Assembly (NCBI GenBank): GCA_046563655.1
Contig: CM102289.1
Location: 8,990,001 to 9,054,000 of the forward strand
Reading direction: 5' to 3'
DNA from: Yuukianura sp. NJ FZ-2021
Lineage: Eukaryota
Length of the DNA: 64,000 nucleotides
The notes beneath the pieces are model-generated. The model made no database searches and was not told the origin of the DNA. It saw only the letters and a program-made list of their open reading frames with translations. A program made the position numbers and the translations under genes. Below, in pieces: positions 10,067 through 23,288 of this stretch (its first letter is position 1; each line of letters begins with the position of its first letter).

Positions 10067-13000
10067 CTATTCGCTGTCTGAAGAGTAAACTTTTCGTGCC
10101 CTTTTGGTTTTCTTCGGTGGCGGAACCTCGTCCTCTTCACTCGTTTCCGAATCGGAGTTCCGAACTCTCGCTTTTCCACTTCTTGTTCTCGATAGGCCAG
10201 CGGAACTACCTCGGCCATTCCCTGCCTTCACCGCAGTAGGTTGCTGAGAAGTCTTTGGTCTCTTCGTTGGTCCTGACTTCCGGTCAGGTTCTTCGGCAGT
10301 GGCCGCTATAGCCAGCAGGTCTTTGTACTTTAACCTCAGGGAGTCTGTGATCCAGCAATTGACCTGAAATACATCATAAATTCAAATTCGTCCAAAATTC
10401 AAACTCGAATTTTAAGATTTTCGAAATTCGATAAAGTGGACTCACTTGAAGAAGACCCGCAACCATGGCATCTTCCTTGAAAACGAGACTGTCCTGCCCA
10501 CCTCGTATCCGGAGGGCGTCAATATGAGATAGGACGTTGTCTGTGCTTGGGACGGATGCTGGGGCTGGACTCGTATTTCCTCGGGCTCCGGTTCCTCCTC
10601 GCTTCCGTTTCACCGGTGTACCAGGAACAGACCTGAATAAGTCACAATTTGTGTTTACTCGAATACCAAAATGTCATTTGAAAACATGTTTCTCACTGGG
10701 CAATTGCTGAAGACAAGGCATTGGCAAGGTCTCGAGGGGCAGTCGCCTCCCAATACGACAAAGCATTCAACACGAAACGCTCATTTGGATTCGGCCGGCG
10801 CAACAGTAGCATGGGCATCAGTCCAGTGGAAGTGCTGTAGAAATCATATCGAATTTTACTCTTTTATAATTTCATATTGTTAATTAAAAGTTACAGTAAA
10901 ACCCCTCTTATACGAACTTGATCCGATACCGTAAACTTTCCGATTGCATCCATCAAAGGTATGTTGTATCAAACATGAGGTACCATCTGATGTATGGGGT
11001 ACCACCAGATGGGCGGTACCACCAGAGGTACCCAAAACCTCAACAGCTGATTTCTTAAAGTTACTATAAGAGAGGTTCTACTGTACAATGTAAATTGTGG
11101 ACAACAGCTACTTACGGTGACTCCAAGCGTAACCGAAAGAGAAGCGCTGTAAGTGCTTCCGAGTTCTTTTTAGCGTCTAGTTGAGGAATAATTGGGAAGA
11201 TATCTTCGACTCTTAGCAGGCCGTCCTCGTCTTCGGACTGTCCCGGTACTGGTCGCAGTTGGGATTCGACCAGTATCCATACACAATGTTGTTCCCATGA
11301 TTCCCATTCAAGAGTCTTTACTGTAATCCAAATACTCAAAATTAGAATCCAAATCATGTATTCAATAAAATAAGTTACTAAAAACTTACACAGAGCAGGC
11401 ACAATGGTTTCGGTTTCGAAAAATCGAACTTCCTGTTGCATAACTTTCCAGCTCAGCTGTTGTAACTGGAATGCATCAAGGGTGGAAACAAGTAGCTGCA
11501 ATACCTCACCGGAATACGCCAACTCAGTGTCGGCAACATACCTAAAATGTAATATAAATACATAAAACCAATAATAATAATTATATTATAATTATTATAA
11601 ATAATCTTACCACAAGTAAACTATAGGCGTAACATAAGCCATAGCCATTGGTTCATGTTCCCAACACACTTTCATATCTTGAACAATTTGAGAGTCGAGC
11701 TGCATAAAAGTAAAAAATTATAAACTTTTTAGTTTCATATTCCAGTTATCCAATATATACTTTCAAGTATCCAGTATAATACTTGCAAGTTTTAGTTGAC
11801 TCACCTTCAATCCTCTCAGCTGGGCTAAACTTTGATACAGTGACTCGTAATTATTGTTATCGAATCTCTTTTCCCACTGATCAGGATCCTTCTCCATTCT
11901 GTTTTAAGTAAAAACTTAATTATTAATCACAAAAAATATTATGAATATATCATACTTATATTTTTCTTACCTCTGATACATAACTATGAGTAGTTTGTAC
12001 GCAACCTTCGGTAAGAAAGTTACCATATCCGCTAGCACCCGCATCACATTTTTCATTCGAAGCGATTTGTCCGTCGGCTTGAGGTTAATTACGAGTTCAA
12101 GTAGTTCATTAATCGGTGAAACACGGAAATTCTCTCTGTTCAACAAAATTTCAAAATTAACATTAGACAATGTTGCCGACGGCCGGTCAGACAGAAGGAC
12201 AGACAGACATGGTCATTGCATAAAGTAGCTTTCGCTACTTCTTAAATTCATAATAAGTTAATCGACAGTTAGATTAATTAGATTAACGCGATAACTCACA
12301 TTACAGAACATTTTTCTTCATTCACAGTAGGTTTTCCCAGTTCAGTTTTGTACAGGTAAACTAGCGCTTCCGACAAATCCTCCAGCCTTGTCTTTTCCAA
12401 CTGCTCTTCAACCAAGGACCTTAGTATGTCGTCTAACAAATCAGATCTAGAAAAAAACAAAATGATTTGATTTACTTTTTGAAAAACAAGTTTAGAAAAT
12501 ACTGCTGTCAAGTATTTCAAGTACCTGCCATTTCCGCCTTTCATTTCACTCTGATTCAGCAAAGATTCTAACGGTATTCGCATATTTGTTGGAAGGCGTC
12601 GAATTTTTTCAAAAAACTTCTCCCGCTCTGTTTCTTCCACGATGTCTCTATCTCTGACTTTCACAGGTTCTATTTGACGTTTCACTTCAGCCTCTTTCTC
12701 CTCGTCTTCACTCAACTCTGGATCCAATTCGATCATCAATGGAGTAGGGGAAGGGGGTGGTTTCATGACTGGACTTGGATCTGGCGTAACATTTACAGGA
12801 GATGTCAACATTCCTGCTGTCGGAGACATACTTGGCGGTGTACTGCTGTTATTATTGGAATTTACATGAAGATCTGGAGATTTGGCGACTGAATTGTTGT
12901 ACGACGGTTGATTATTCTGTTCCGGCGGAGGTGATACGACCAATGCTATGTGATTTTCTTGATAATTGTTTTCTATGTTATTCGTATTTCCCGCATGTCC

Positions 13001-16000
13001 GTCTATAAGGACCAATAAATTTTCTTTGATGGACTTCCGAAGATCAGCCTCCAGTTTCGGATTGTCTAGCACCACATCCAGGGTCTGTAATACTCGTTTC
13101 TCCAAGATACTTTTGAGTGCTGCTCCAACACCAGCTTTGAAACGATCCACGTTCGGAGGGTGATATTCGTAGGTCAGCTGTGCAAACAGTTCAAATTGTT
13201 AGCAAAACGAACAACTGCTGACTATCATTCGAAATTCGAGTAAAATTTTTACTCAGTTTTTACTCAGCATTCGAATAAAAATTGAGTCTGTCATTCGAAA
13301 TTCGAGGACAAATTCAGTCTGTCATTCGAAATTCGAGGACAAATTGAGTCTGTCATTCGAAATTCGAGGGAAAACTGCCTTTATGATTCGAATTTCGAGG
13401 AAAACCGACCATATGATTCGAATTTCGACTAAAAACTTACTCTTATGAGGAAATCCAGGAGAGTGGCCGTGATGGCGAGGTACGTCTTGAGACTGTGGTA
13501 CATCACTAAGATGGCTGGTTCTAAAATAATATAATAATAATTATCTGTTATTAAACAAAACCCGCAGACAGACAGACAGACACATCAATTTATAAAGGAG
13601 GTTTTCGCTAGATAACAATTAATCTAAATTAATTTTTTCAAAGTTGTCTCCTGAGTATATGTCTTACCGATATTCATGATGTTGTCTCTCACTGGATCAA
13701 AAACCAACCAATCATAGAATAGTGCCAACTTCGCAGTGGCAGCAGCAACAGGATTTGTACATGTTGTGAGGAGCCATCCGATGAGAGCCCATCGAGGCAG
13801 GACGTCTGAACTTAAGATTTCATTTGGTGGATGGATTACACACACAATATAACGGATAATGTCTGCACGTAAAGTCTGTGACTCAGCTGTAGAGAAATAC
13901 TGCAAATGTCAAATGAAAACTGCCAGTTAATCGTCCTAAACATTTTGTACAAAGTTTCAATATCATCGTAATATAACTTACCTGCTTCTGGAACCAATCT
14001 TGATATCTCTTCTGGTTACCAAATTTGACCTGTGCTGTTAGGAATTGAACTTTCTTTTCCATGTCAGGCGTTAGTCTGGACTGAATATACTTTCTGGACG
14101 TCCTCATGTTGAGAAGTTGAAGGATTCCGGTCAAATGCGGAGAAAGCGCTTTAGGATTGTAGAAGAGATCGTGCCAAAGTTCTTGAATCTCAGGAATCCG
14201 GCTCACTGCTTGTAGCTGCCGAATGAAGTCCCTCCCCAAACCAATCTGCTGGTTCATGCACACTTCTGTAAAATGTTCTCGAATTAGAGAGGTCACAAAG
14301 GTCACCTGCAAAACAAAATACACGTCATCCATCATCATTCCTCAACAACTTGAAACATAAAATTCATAATACATAAATTGCTTAAAAATTCGTTTTATGT
14401 ACCTCTTTCTGGCGAAGTAGAGCCAGGTTTGCTCCCATGTGATCTTCTAAAACTCTAAGATAAGTGTAGATAACTGCTGCAATGAGTACTGGATATTTGT
14501 TAAGCCAAGATACTCGATACTCCATGTAAATATCAAGCATGTAATCGATGAGCCAGAGATTCCTTTGTGATGTGTCACCTCCAGCAATTTGTCGCATCAG
14601 ATTCCAGCACAACATGTCTGCTCCCAGAGCACCGCCTTTCACCATTTCCCTGAAACAAAAAAAAACACAACAGCATGAGTTAATGTCAACAACTCGACCT
14701 TCGTACTGCGCAGCTGAGCAGTATACTGCAAATACTGCGAGTATAAAAGTACATAATGCTCCGTACTTGTTTACTTTCCTGTTCTACTAACCTGATTATC
14801 CACACAAGCTGCGTTCTTGATACATCCGTCAATTTGTGATACTTGTCCAGTGTAATAACAGAGAGAGTATCCACCACTACTCCCAAGTTGTCTCTACTGA
14901 GCAGCGTCAGATCTCGGTAGCACTAAAAACCAAACAACATTTTAAAAAAATGCAGCAGTATGATACTGGCAGTATCCAGTATCGAATGAAATCGCTTGTG
15001 AGCTTTACCTTGAGAGCAGCGTCTCTCTCTAACAAAATCGTCCCTAGGAGTCCGACGCAAATGTCGTCGTGGACAGCCTTGTCACGACATGCTGCAGAAT
15101 GCAGCGTGTCATGGATCTCCTTCTCCGACGCATTTGCACCTCCGCCCAACCGTGTTAAGGTTGACCGCGATCTTTCGATTTTCTGAAATTCAAAATGAAT
15201 CAAAATCATCATCATCCACAATCATCGGGATTTCCAACATTCAAAATTACGAGAAATGTTAAAGGTTTGAATATGATTTCGTCGAACTTATTGCGATTTT
15301 CATTCAAGGAATTCTTATGCAATTTCTGGAAAACTAAAGAAGTACCCAAACCACCTTCCCTTTTTAACGCTTATCAACCGCATATCTCAACATTACTGCC
15401 TAACCTAAAAAAACAGTTTTCCATTTTTATTTTTGTTTATGTTACTTTCAAAAACCACTTCTTTTTTGAGAAAAAAAACTAGACTTTGATTTCTGATTCA
15501 AGTAAGGATTCAACCTGCAGCTAAGTTTGCCAAAAAAAAAAATTTAGTAAAATATTTGACAGAAAACCTAACCAATTACCTTGCATCTCGCGTAAAAAAT
15601 AAGACTGAGTTGGCCACTTTATATCACTTAGGACAGCAAATTACGTAATTAGGAGTTTAATTAAATTTAGTTTCCGCCTTCTTTGGTCAATATCCCGTTA
15701 ATCGCTACGTAGCCTTAAAACTCAAACGCAAAAAAAGAAAAGAGAGGATTGAATTGTGAATCACAATTTGTGATGAATGAGGGTTGACATTTACATTACA
15801 GCTTACTATTGTTTGTTAACGATTTCAATTTACTACAACTAACTTATAGAACTACCCTCTTCCCTTGCGCAATTAGTTTCAGAGTCGTATTTTGTCTTGA
15901 TTGAACCAACATTTCTCATCCGCTCCCTCATTAATTATAAATAGCAATCCAATAATAATATTTATTTATTCAAAATTAATATTAGCACTACTAAGCAGGT

Positions 16001-16967
16001 GATTGGAGGTTAAGTCGGACCTTTCCACTGGCGACCAATCATTTAACGTTGTAGCGAAAAACCATCACCATTCTCCGATCGACAGGAGTTAAGGGCCGAC
16101 CAATCATAACATAAGCACCAACCAATCACAACACGTCAGTGCACCAGTTAACATGTCACCACCACAGCAGTGCACCAGTCGACATGTCGCCACCACTCCA
16201 GTATGCACCAGCCGACATGTCACCACAAGCACCCCCTGCAGTGGATTCCAAAAAACGTAAAGTGCTTTCCGGTGTTAAATGGGGATGAGAGAAAAATGAG
16301 TAATTCGGGGAAGCTCTTGTTATTGAACTGTTTATATGTTGAATTAGATAAATAATGTCCATTTGATTGGACCGAGTATTATGTAATGTGTAAATGAGTA
16401 AAGTAGTGAGCAGTATGAGCTCAAAAGGGCGAAAGAAGTCAACACACAAAAGTGTACACACATACAAAGTTCGAGTAGGAATTAAAATGCGCAAATGTTG
16501 TTGTACTACTCAAACTCTTTTGCTCCAATACCTGCTGCTGAAGGGGGATTATACAGGGCTAGGCCCATCCGTGGCGATACGGCCCTGCAGAATGAATCGA
16601 ACCCTCGTACCAGTTCTTAAGTGAGCAAAGAAAAACGAAAGTGCCGTCACCACTTTACTGTTGTGTCGAACTAAAGTTAAAAAGGAAAGGAAAAAAGAGC
16701 GAACTCTGCTCCTTTGCCTCTAGTGAGACGGAGCAGGAGGAGCAGGCAGAGGGAAACAATATGAGACGAGTATAACCAACCTTCTCACCCTCAGACGCAC
16801 AGAAGAGAAACAGGCCACAAAATAGCACTTTTTGTGACCTGGAGGTCACAGTTCAAAAATATTTAAAAAATTAAGCCGTGGGAGATCCTTACCTCTTCGA
16901 ACTCATCCTTCCACTCGATTACTGTTTGATGAAAAAGTTTATTTGGAGTCACTTTGTCGGTCTGCAT
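10067..16967 (-). CDS. INTS3: Integrator complex subunit 3 (SOSS-A)
   Basis: Exon 1 is [12 protein letters not shown]...WKDEFEE (16967-16893). Motifs include [45 protein letters not shown] and [13 protein letters not shown]. Stop at 10067. Confidence 0.95.
10894..11083. mobile_element. Tc1/mariner-pogo-like MITE in an INTS3 intron
   Basis: TA|CAGTAAAACCCCTCTTATA ... TATAAGAGAGGTTCTACTG|TA, i.e. TIRs with a TA target duplication. Internal GGTACCA repeats. Confidence 0.8.
12165..12245 (+). mobile_element. Helitron/DINE-like non-autonomous relic
   Basis: (GACA)n-like tract followed by the hairpin AAGTAGCTTTCGCTACTT. The same GCCGACGG-(GACA)n junction occurs at ~51950. Confidence 0.5.
13225..13430. 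repeat. Tandem minisatellite, ~31-bp unit (GTCTGTCATTCGAAATTCGAGGACAAATTGA), in an INTS3 intron
   Basis: Three near-identical units plus degenerate flanking units. Confidence 0.85.
16139..16229 (+). repeat. Three 31-33-bp tandem units (GCACCAGTCGACATGTCACCAC)
   Basis: Direct repeats visible in INTS3 intron 1. Confidence 0.8.
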
Positions 16968-17623
16968 GACTTAGGGTGATAGGAGCATCCTCCGATACGT
17001 CCGTCCTCGTCCCTGTCCAAGATTCAACTGAAGAGAGCACAGAGGTTGGCCTGCCTCCTTTCCACAACCCCTCCCCACCCCTCCCTCCCTCCTCAGTCCG
17101 GAGGAGGGAGGGAGGGAAGAGGGTGGTAGGGGCTGGGGGTCGGTCGGTGGTGGCCCAGATGCCCTATTCAGCCTCTTCCGTGCCACCAGCAAACAGGGCC
17201 TTTATGTCCATGGACTTGGACACGGACATGTCCATATCCATGGGTTCTAGGACAAGCCATATGACGACGGTAACGAAAACGATACGTTAAAGTTACATCG
17301 GATGCTACATGGTATACTGCTGGTAGGTTAGTGCACAATTTGCTCCCAATTTTTATAAAAAACGGGCTGCCTATGGTATACTAACTGCGCTTATACGACC
17401 ACCACCTTGTTTCCCGTTCCCCGAACCGAGAGCCTGTTTACTTGAGAACTTTGCGATATACGTAAAGGAGCAATAAAGTGACAGCAGGACGGAACGGACG
17501 ACACGGTATTAATCAACTGCTGATTATCAGTTTAAACAAAAGATTTTTCACAGCTACAGTTGAACCTAAAGTTCAGTTGGTGACTGGCCGGTAAGCGGAT
17601 CAAGTCGAAGTACTCGTCGCAAC

Positions 17624-18217
17624 ATGTCGTCTGCCAAACCGAAGAAAAAGAATCCCAAGGAGAAGGAATTAGCTGAGGAGGTAAATTGACTACTGATTAA
17701 TTAGTAATTGACTTACGCGGTCCGCCACCGGATTCGATTCGTGCACAATGTTCGGTGGGTCAGACTGGAAAATATCCTACCAATCTGGTGTATCATCCAA
17801 TTGATTAATCTATTTATTTCTTGTATTGAATAGGAGGAAGCCGAAACAGCTTTCCGGGAACCACTGGACCTACTGCTCGTAAGTCTGGATGAGGTGGTAA
17901 TCGTTAAAATGAAGAACGAGCGCGAACTTCGCGGAAAGTTACATGTAAGATTTCAGTTTAAGTATCTCCCCACCGCAAGGTGGGCTTCTGATTCCACGAT
18001 GTGCCAAAAGTAATCAAACTCTTTGTTTTAATCACAGGGCTACGACCAGCACTTGAACATGATTCTTGGAGACGTAGAGGAAACGATTACGGTCGTAGAA
18101 ATCGACGACGAAACGTACGAAGAGCTATACAAGACCAGAAAACGGAAGATTCCTCTGCTGTACGTCCGTGGTGACGGCGTAACCCTTATCTCTCCACCGA
18201 AAGACGAAAATTTCTAG
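17624..18217 (+). CDS. LSM3: U6 snRNA-associated Sm-like protein LSm3, 3 exons
   Basis: [39 protein letters not shown] and [13 protein letters not shown]. Confidence 0.92.
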
Positions 18218-18423
18218 ACAGACATGTCACTGGTTACTACTATACTTACTGCTGTTTTCTAAGTTACTAAGTTTAGTTAATAATTAACTAATTAGATTAA
18301 TCTAAGGCAAGATTACTCCAGATTTTTGATACGACAAACTGGTAAATAAACCAAACAAGGAAAGTACAGAACCTGAACCAGCCTTAAAAAGTTTATTCAC
18401 ACTCCGAAGTCAGAATTAATCGA

Positions 18424-20246
18424 TTACTCTTCTTTTCCCTTCTTCTTGGTCTTCTTCGCCTGGACTTCGATGGGAGCCTCCTTGACAAAGGGAATGAAAG
18501 TTCTGTACTTCGGGGGCATGAATGGCTGGAGTGCTGCGGGTACATTTATGCCGGTTTCTGTTTGATGTACTTCCAGAATGCCACAGATACATCGAGTCGT
18601 GGCACACATGGTTGCATTGAGCATGTGCACATATGGGACTGAATCACCGGACTTCGTCTGGCCATAACGAATTTTAAGTCTCCGGCTCTAAAAACAGGAT
18701 TTGTTAGTCGCCTATGATATGATTAACTCAATTATTAATTGAAATGCAATGCAATAACTCACTTGGTAATCGAGACAGTTTGAAGCTGACACGAGTTCCC
18801 GATATGCCTGAGAACTTGGAAACCAGGCCTCAACGTCCCATTTCTTTGCTGCAGCGTTGTTCAACGCTCCAGAAACAATGCAAACTACGCGATACGGCAA
18901 TTCAAGTGCTTGACAGAATGATTCCGCGTTGGCAATCATTTCATCCAACATTTTCCAGGAAGCATCGTCATGTGGTGAGGTGATAGTAAACTGTTCCACC
19001 TAAACATATCAAAGCAAGCACTCAATTATACTGTTATGTTTTTTTTTACAGTTTAGTAACAAAGATGTTAATTTACTTAATTTTGATTGGACGATTGTTA
19101 CTTTACCTTGTCAAATTGATGCACTCGAAATATTCCTCTCGTGTCACGACCATGCGCTCCAGCTTCTTGTCTGAAACAGGACGAAATACCGGCGTATCTC
19201 AAGGGAAGACTTGCTTCTGGAATCCATTCGTCACGGTGGAAAGCTGCTATTGGCTGTTCCGAAGTTGCTATCAAGTATTTCTCATCTTCCTCTCCCCCTT
19301 TCCCAATAACTTTGTAAAGTTCTTCATCAAATTGAGACAATTGGGCTACTTCTTGCATAACTTCCTTCTTCATAAAATATGGAGTGTAGAGCGGTACATA
19401 ATCTTTGTCACCCAGAAGTCGTAGAGCCAGTTGAATCAGCGCTTGTTGTAAATATACTCCTGGACCGGTCAGATAGTATCCTCTTCCGCCGGCAGTCACC
19501 GAACCTTTCTCAAACTCTGCTCCATCAATCATCTAAAAAAATTAATGTGTTAATCAACATTTCTTACACCACAACTAATTAGTTGTAATGGATTCGGCGT
19601 GAAGGTGTCCTTACAGTAATAAGATCTACATGAGAATACTTCTTCTTCATTTCAACATCTCCCCATGTTCGTTCCACTCGATTGTTATCCTCGTTGTCAT
19701 CAACGGGCACCGATGGATGAAGAATGTTACCAACTTCCCGCAGAGCTTCGTTACGGACGTTTTCTGTTTCAACGAGGGCCTTGGAGTTCTCTTCAATTGC
19801 TACATCGATTTTTCCTTTCAGGGTTTTCAGCTGCCCAAGTGTCAATGACTGGAGATTTTCTGCTACCAACTAAAAGTAAAGTATGAATTCATGAATTCAT
19901 TTAGTAGTTTAGTTTATTAGGATAAAAATTTCAGTGAGTAGTAATTGGTTAGCTTAGTAATTGGTTGGAGTAGCTAGTAGCTTACTTGATCTACTGGAGT
20001 GTCAATGTTCAATTCAGTTTCGCCCATTTCTTCCTTCTTCTTCATACGTTCTCCGAAGAATTTGGAACAAAGATTCTTCGAACGATTGAGCCCATCAGCT
20101 TGGAATCTTAGCTTTCTCCACTTGTCATCTTCGGAAATTACTTTTTCCACCAACCCAACATCCTTGAATCGATCTTTCTGATTCTTCCGCATCTGGTCAG
20201 GATTTCCACCTTTGTAATCCCGAAACAAGTCCAAATCGAGAACCAT
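18424..20246 (-). CDS. SARS1: Cytoplasmic seryl-tRNA synthetase
   Basis: [53 protein letters not shown] and [12 protein letters not shown]. Confidence 0.98.
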
Positions 20247-20826
20247 CTTGTAAGGTCACCTATGAAAATACAAACGGTAAAACAATAATTGAATGTTCTA
20301 AGACTAAATAAAACATGCGATCAAACAGTTCACAAGACTAAAATCAAAGTTTTTTTTAAAAACGGAATGGTTACCTTCTAATTCTTTTGGCAACGAGGAC
20401 GACAATTGAGGAATAGAACAGTGAAACCTCTTCGCAGATGACGATGAGATGATGACACAAACAATACGAATTACTCGATAACGATTACGGTGGTAACGTG
20501 AGTGAGTAAACAGCCGGTGCCTAAGTGCAGTCGCCTCGCGATCACGGTACGGCTATCCGGTTTTTGGTTTCAATCTCAACAGTACCGTTGAGGAGGTTTT
20601 GAAGTCCTCAGAAGGAAGGAGATACGAAAAAAACAGATGCACGCGGAATTGGTGCCTAGAAATCAGAAATATCGTATTCACGACAATTCGTTTCGGTTCA
20701 CGGCGCGGCCAATGTATTTTTTGGTTTGAATTCTAGAAAAACCGATGACATTCTTCTGCTTACCGACAAAATACGGTAAAAAAAATGGCATAAAAAAATG
20801 TTTCGTTTCTAAATAAGCCCGCATTT

Positions 20827-20944
20827 CCTTTCAGCGCCGCAGCACCGCACTTTTCGGAGCGTATGTTATGGTTGTCCTAACCTAACCTAACCTGGACAAA
20901 AATAACTTACGTCTCGTAATGTGCGGTGCTGCGGTGCTGAAAGG
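20827..20944. repeat. Foldback inverted repeat (~50-bp arms) with a (CCTAA)n loop
   Basis: Left arm CCTTTCAGCGCCGCAGCACCGCAC...TTGTCC, right arm GGACAA...GTGCGGTGCTGCGGTGCTGAAAGG, loop TAACCTAACCTAACCT. Confidence 0.9.
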
Positions 20945-21276
20945 GTTCTCGCCATTTCCTCTACATTTAAATCTGTCAAGTCAGAAGAATCAGTGGATTC
21001 AGAGGATTAGTGCAGCGAAACTTCTGGCGCGGTTCGCCGGTATCTGGCTGCGCATCTGTGGGACGGGAATGAAGTCAGCAGTTTTTTTTTGTCGGGAATA
21101 CGGATTTTTATTTTGGTTCATTCATAAAGTTTTCGAATTGGAAGGATCGGGTTTGTAATTAACTTTTTGAAGTAATTTGAATAGATAAATCTCATCTTTT
21201 GCTTAACTTGTCCCTGCTTTTAGTATTTGTTGCTGTGAATTGGATTTGAGGTGGTTCAACTTTTCAAGTAACGAAA

Positions 21277-23288
21277 ATGGTTGAAGCAAATGACGTGGAG
21301 ATGAAACCGGTAGACGAAGCTGTGACTGCTGCTTCCCCTCCACCGCCTGACCCTGATTTGTTGACAATCGAAGGTTAGCTCAATACATAACTCGCCAGTC
21401 CCATGTAATAGTTACCTAATCGTATAATACCTTTGTCTTGTTCTTTCCAGATATCCGGGAACAAGTAAAGCAACTGGAGAAAGCTGTGTATGGAAAGGAT
21501 AATCGCTATGCATTTCGTGTGTTGCGATGCCTTGGAAATACCCGACGTAAGCTCAACACCAATGTTCTGCGTCGTCTTGTCCAGGGATACTACACGCATT
21601 CGGCCAAAGAACGGTCAGCGCTGGAGGCTTTCATCATTGACGATGTAAGCGGATGTTCTTGTCAACAAAAACGTGTCAACTGACATGTTGCTTTCACTTT
21701 ATATTTTATTTCGTTGGTAGTATTCAGTAAGAACTAATTGAATTGTAACTTAAAGGATATGGAAATCGACAATTACTCCAAGCCAGTTCCAAGTCCAAAG
21801 CTTCGTCCCGCAAGAGCCGAGAAACCGCTGATTCCTGAAGTAGACGCCTACTTACATCTCCTGGTCCTTCTTCGTTTGATTGATCTCGGTAAAGCTGTTC
21901 AGGCAAGAGAATGTTCAGGTTAGTACAAAGGAAAATTAATTTCATTCTATTGTCAATTAAACTTAGCTTAACTTTACACCCGTTCCTGTGTTTATAGATT
22001 TGTTGTTGAACAAACTGAAGGCACACAATCGCCGCTCTCTGGACTTGGTAGCTGCTAAATGCTACTTCTATTTCGCTCGATCCTATGAGCTGGACAACAA
22101 ATTGGAGCAAATTCGGCCTATCCTTTATGCCCGACTGCGAACATCAACTCTTCGCAACGACGCTGAAGGACAAGCCGTGGTTATGAACTGCTTACTACGC
22201 AATTATTTGCATTACAACTTGTATGATCAGGTAAGTAATTTACTACACTAATGACCTTCTTTAAAAAAAATTCATCAATCCAATTTGAGGTATAGTTTCA
22301 AAAATTGAACTTTTTAGGCAGACAAACTTGTCACCAGAAGCACATTTCCAGAAAATGCAAGTAACAACGAGTGGGCTCGGTATCTGTACTACTTGGGGCG
22401 CATCATGGCAATTCAGTTGGATTACACTGCTGCTCATACGCACTTGGTCCAAGCACTGAGGAAAGCTCCGCAGCACTCTGCAATTGGATTTAAACAAACT
22501 GTGCAAAAACTCACAGTCACGGTGGAACTTCTTCTAGGGGATATCCCAGAGCGGTCCATCTTCTATCACACTACGCTGAAGCGGTCCTTGGCTCCGTACT
22601 TTCAGCTGACTCAGGGTAACGTAAAAAAACACAATCCTAATCGTCTATGATCACTTTTCCAGCTTAACTTTTTGGTCTTAACATTCTTAATTTTTATTTT
22701 TCTCTTGGAATCCTTAGCCGTCCGTCTTGGAGATTTAGGACTTTTTCTCCAAGTGGTTGATCAGTTTCACACGCAGTTTCAACAAGACCGAACTTACATT
22801 TTGATCCAACGTCTTCGGCACAATGTTATCAAAACTGGACTTCGAGCTATCAGCTCCAGCTACTCCAGGATTTCTCTGGCCGATGCTGCCAAGAAACTAT
22901 CATTGGACGCTCCTGAAGATGCAGAGTTCATTGTAGCTAAGGTGATTAACGATTAACTTATGATTACCAAAGATGATGATGATGATTGATAATTTGATTA
23001 ATTTAGGCAATTCGTGATGGAGTGATTGAAGCTACGATTGACAACGAGAAGCAGTACGTGGCTTCCAAGGAACGAATCGACGTTTACTGTACCCAAGAGC
23101 CACAACTTGCTTTTCATCAACGTATTTCCTTCTGCTTGAATATTCACAACCAAAGTGTGAAGGCTATGCGGTTTCCTCCAAAGAGCTACAACAAAGATTT
23201 GGAATCGGCAGAAGAACGGCGGGAACGAGAGCAACAAGACTTGGAGTTAGCCAAGGAAATGGCAGAAGATGATGACGATTTTGTCTAA
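21277..23288 (+). CDS. PSMD3: 26S proteasome non-ATPase regulatory subunit 3 (Rpn3)
   Basis: [50 protein letters not shown]-terminus [23 protein letters not shown]. Confidence 0.98.

Noticed and set aside
13225..13430. CRISPR-like regularly spaced palindromic repeats
   Set aside because: The units are contiguous with no unique spacers, there are no cas genes, and the array lies in a eukaryotic intron. It is a minisatellite.
16590..16612. tRNA T-loop-like GGTTCGATTC on the minus strand
   Set aside because: No cloverleaf or A-box could be built around it.
16971..17290. GC-rich overlapping ORFs upstream of INTS3
   Set aside because: Better explained as the INTS3 5'UTR/promoter, and no protein motifs were seen.
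20876..20893. True telomere or fusion site
   Set aside because: Only about three CCTAA units, embedded in a hairpin within a gene-dense region.
21721..21726. 6-nt microexon (AG|TATTCA|GTAAGA) in PSMD3
   Set aside because: The downstream intron would be only ~29 nt, far below local intron sizes.
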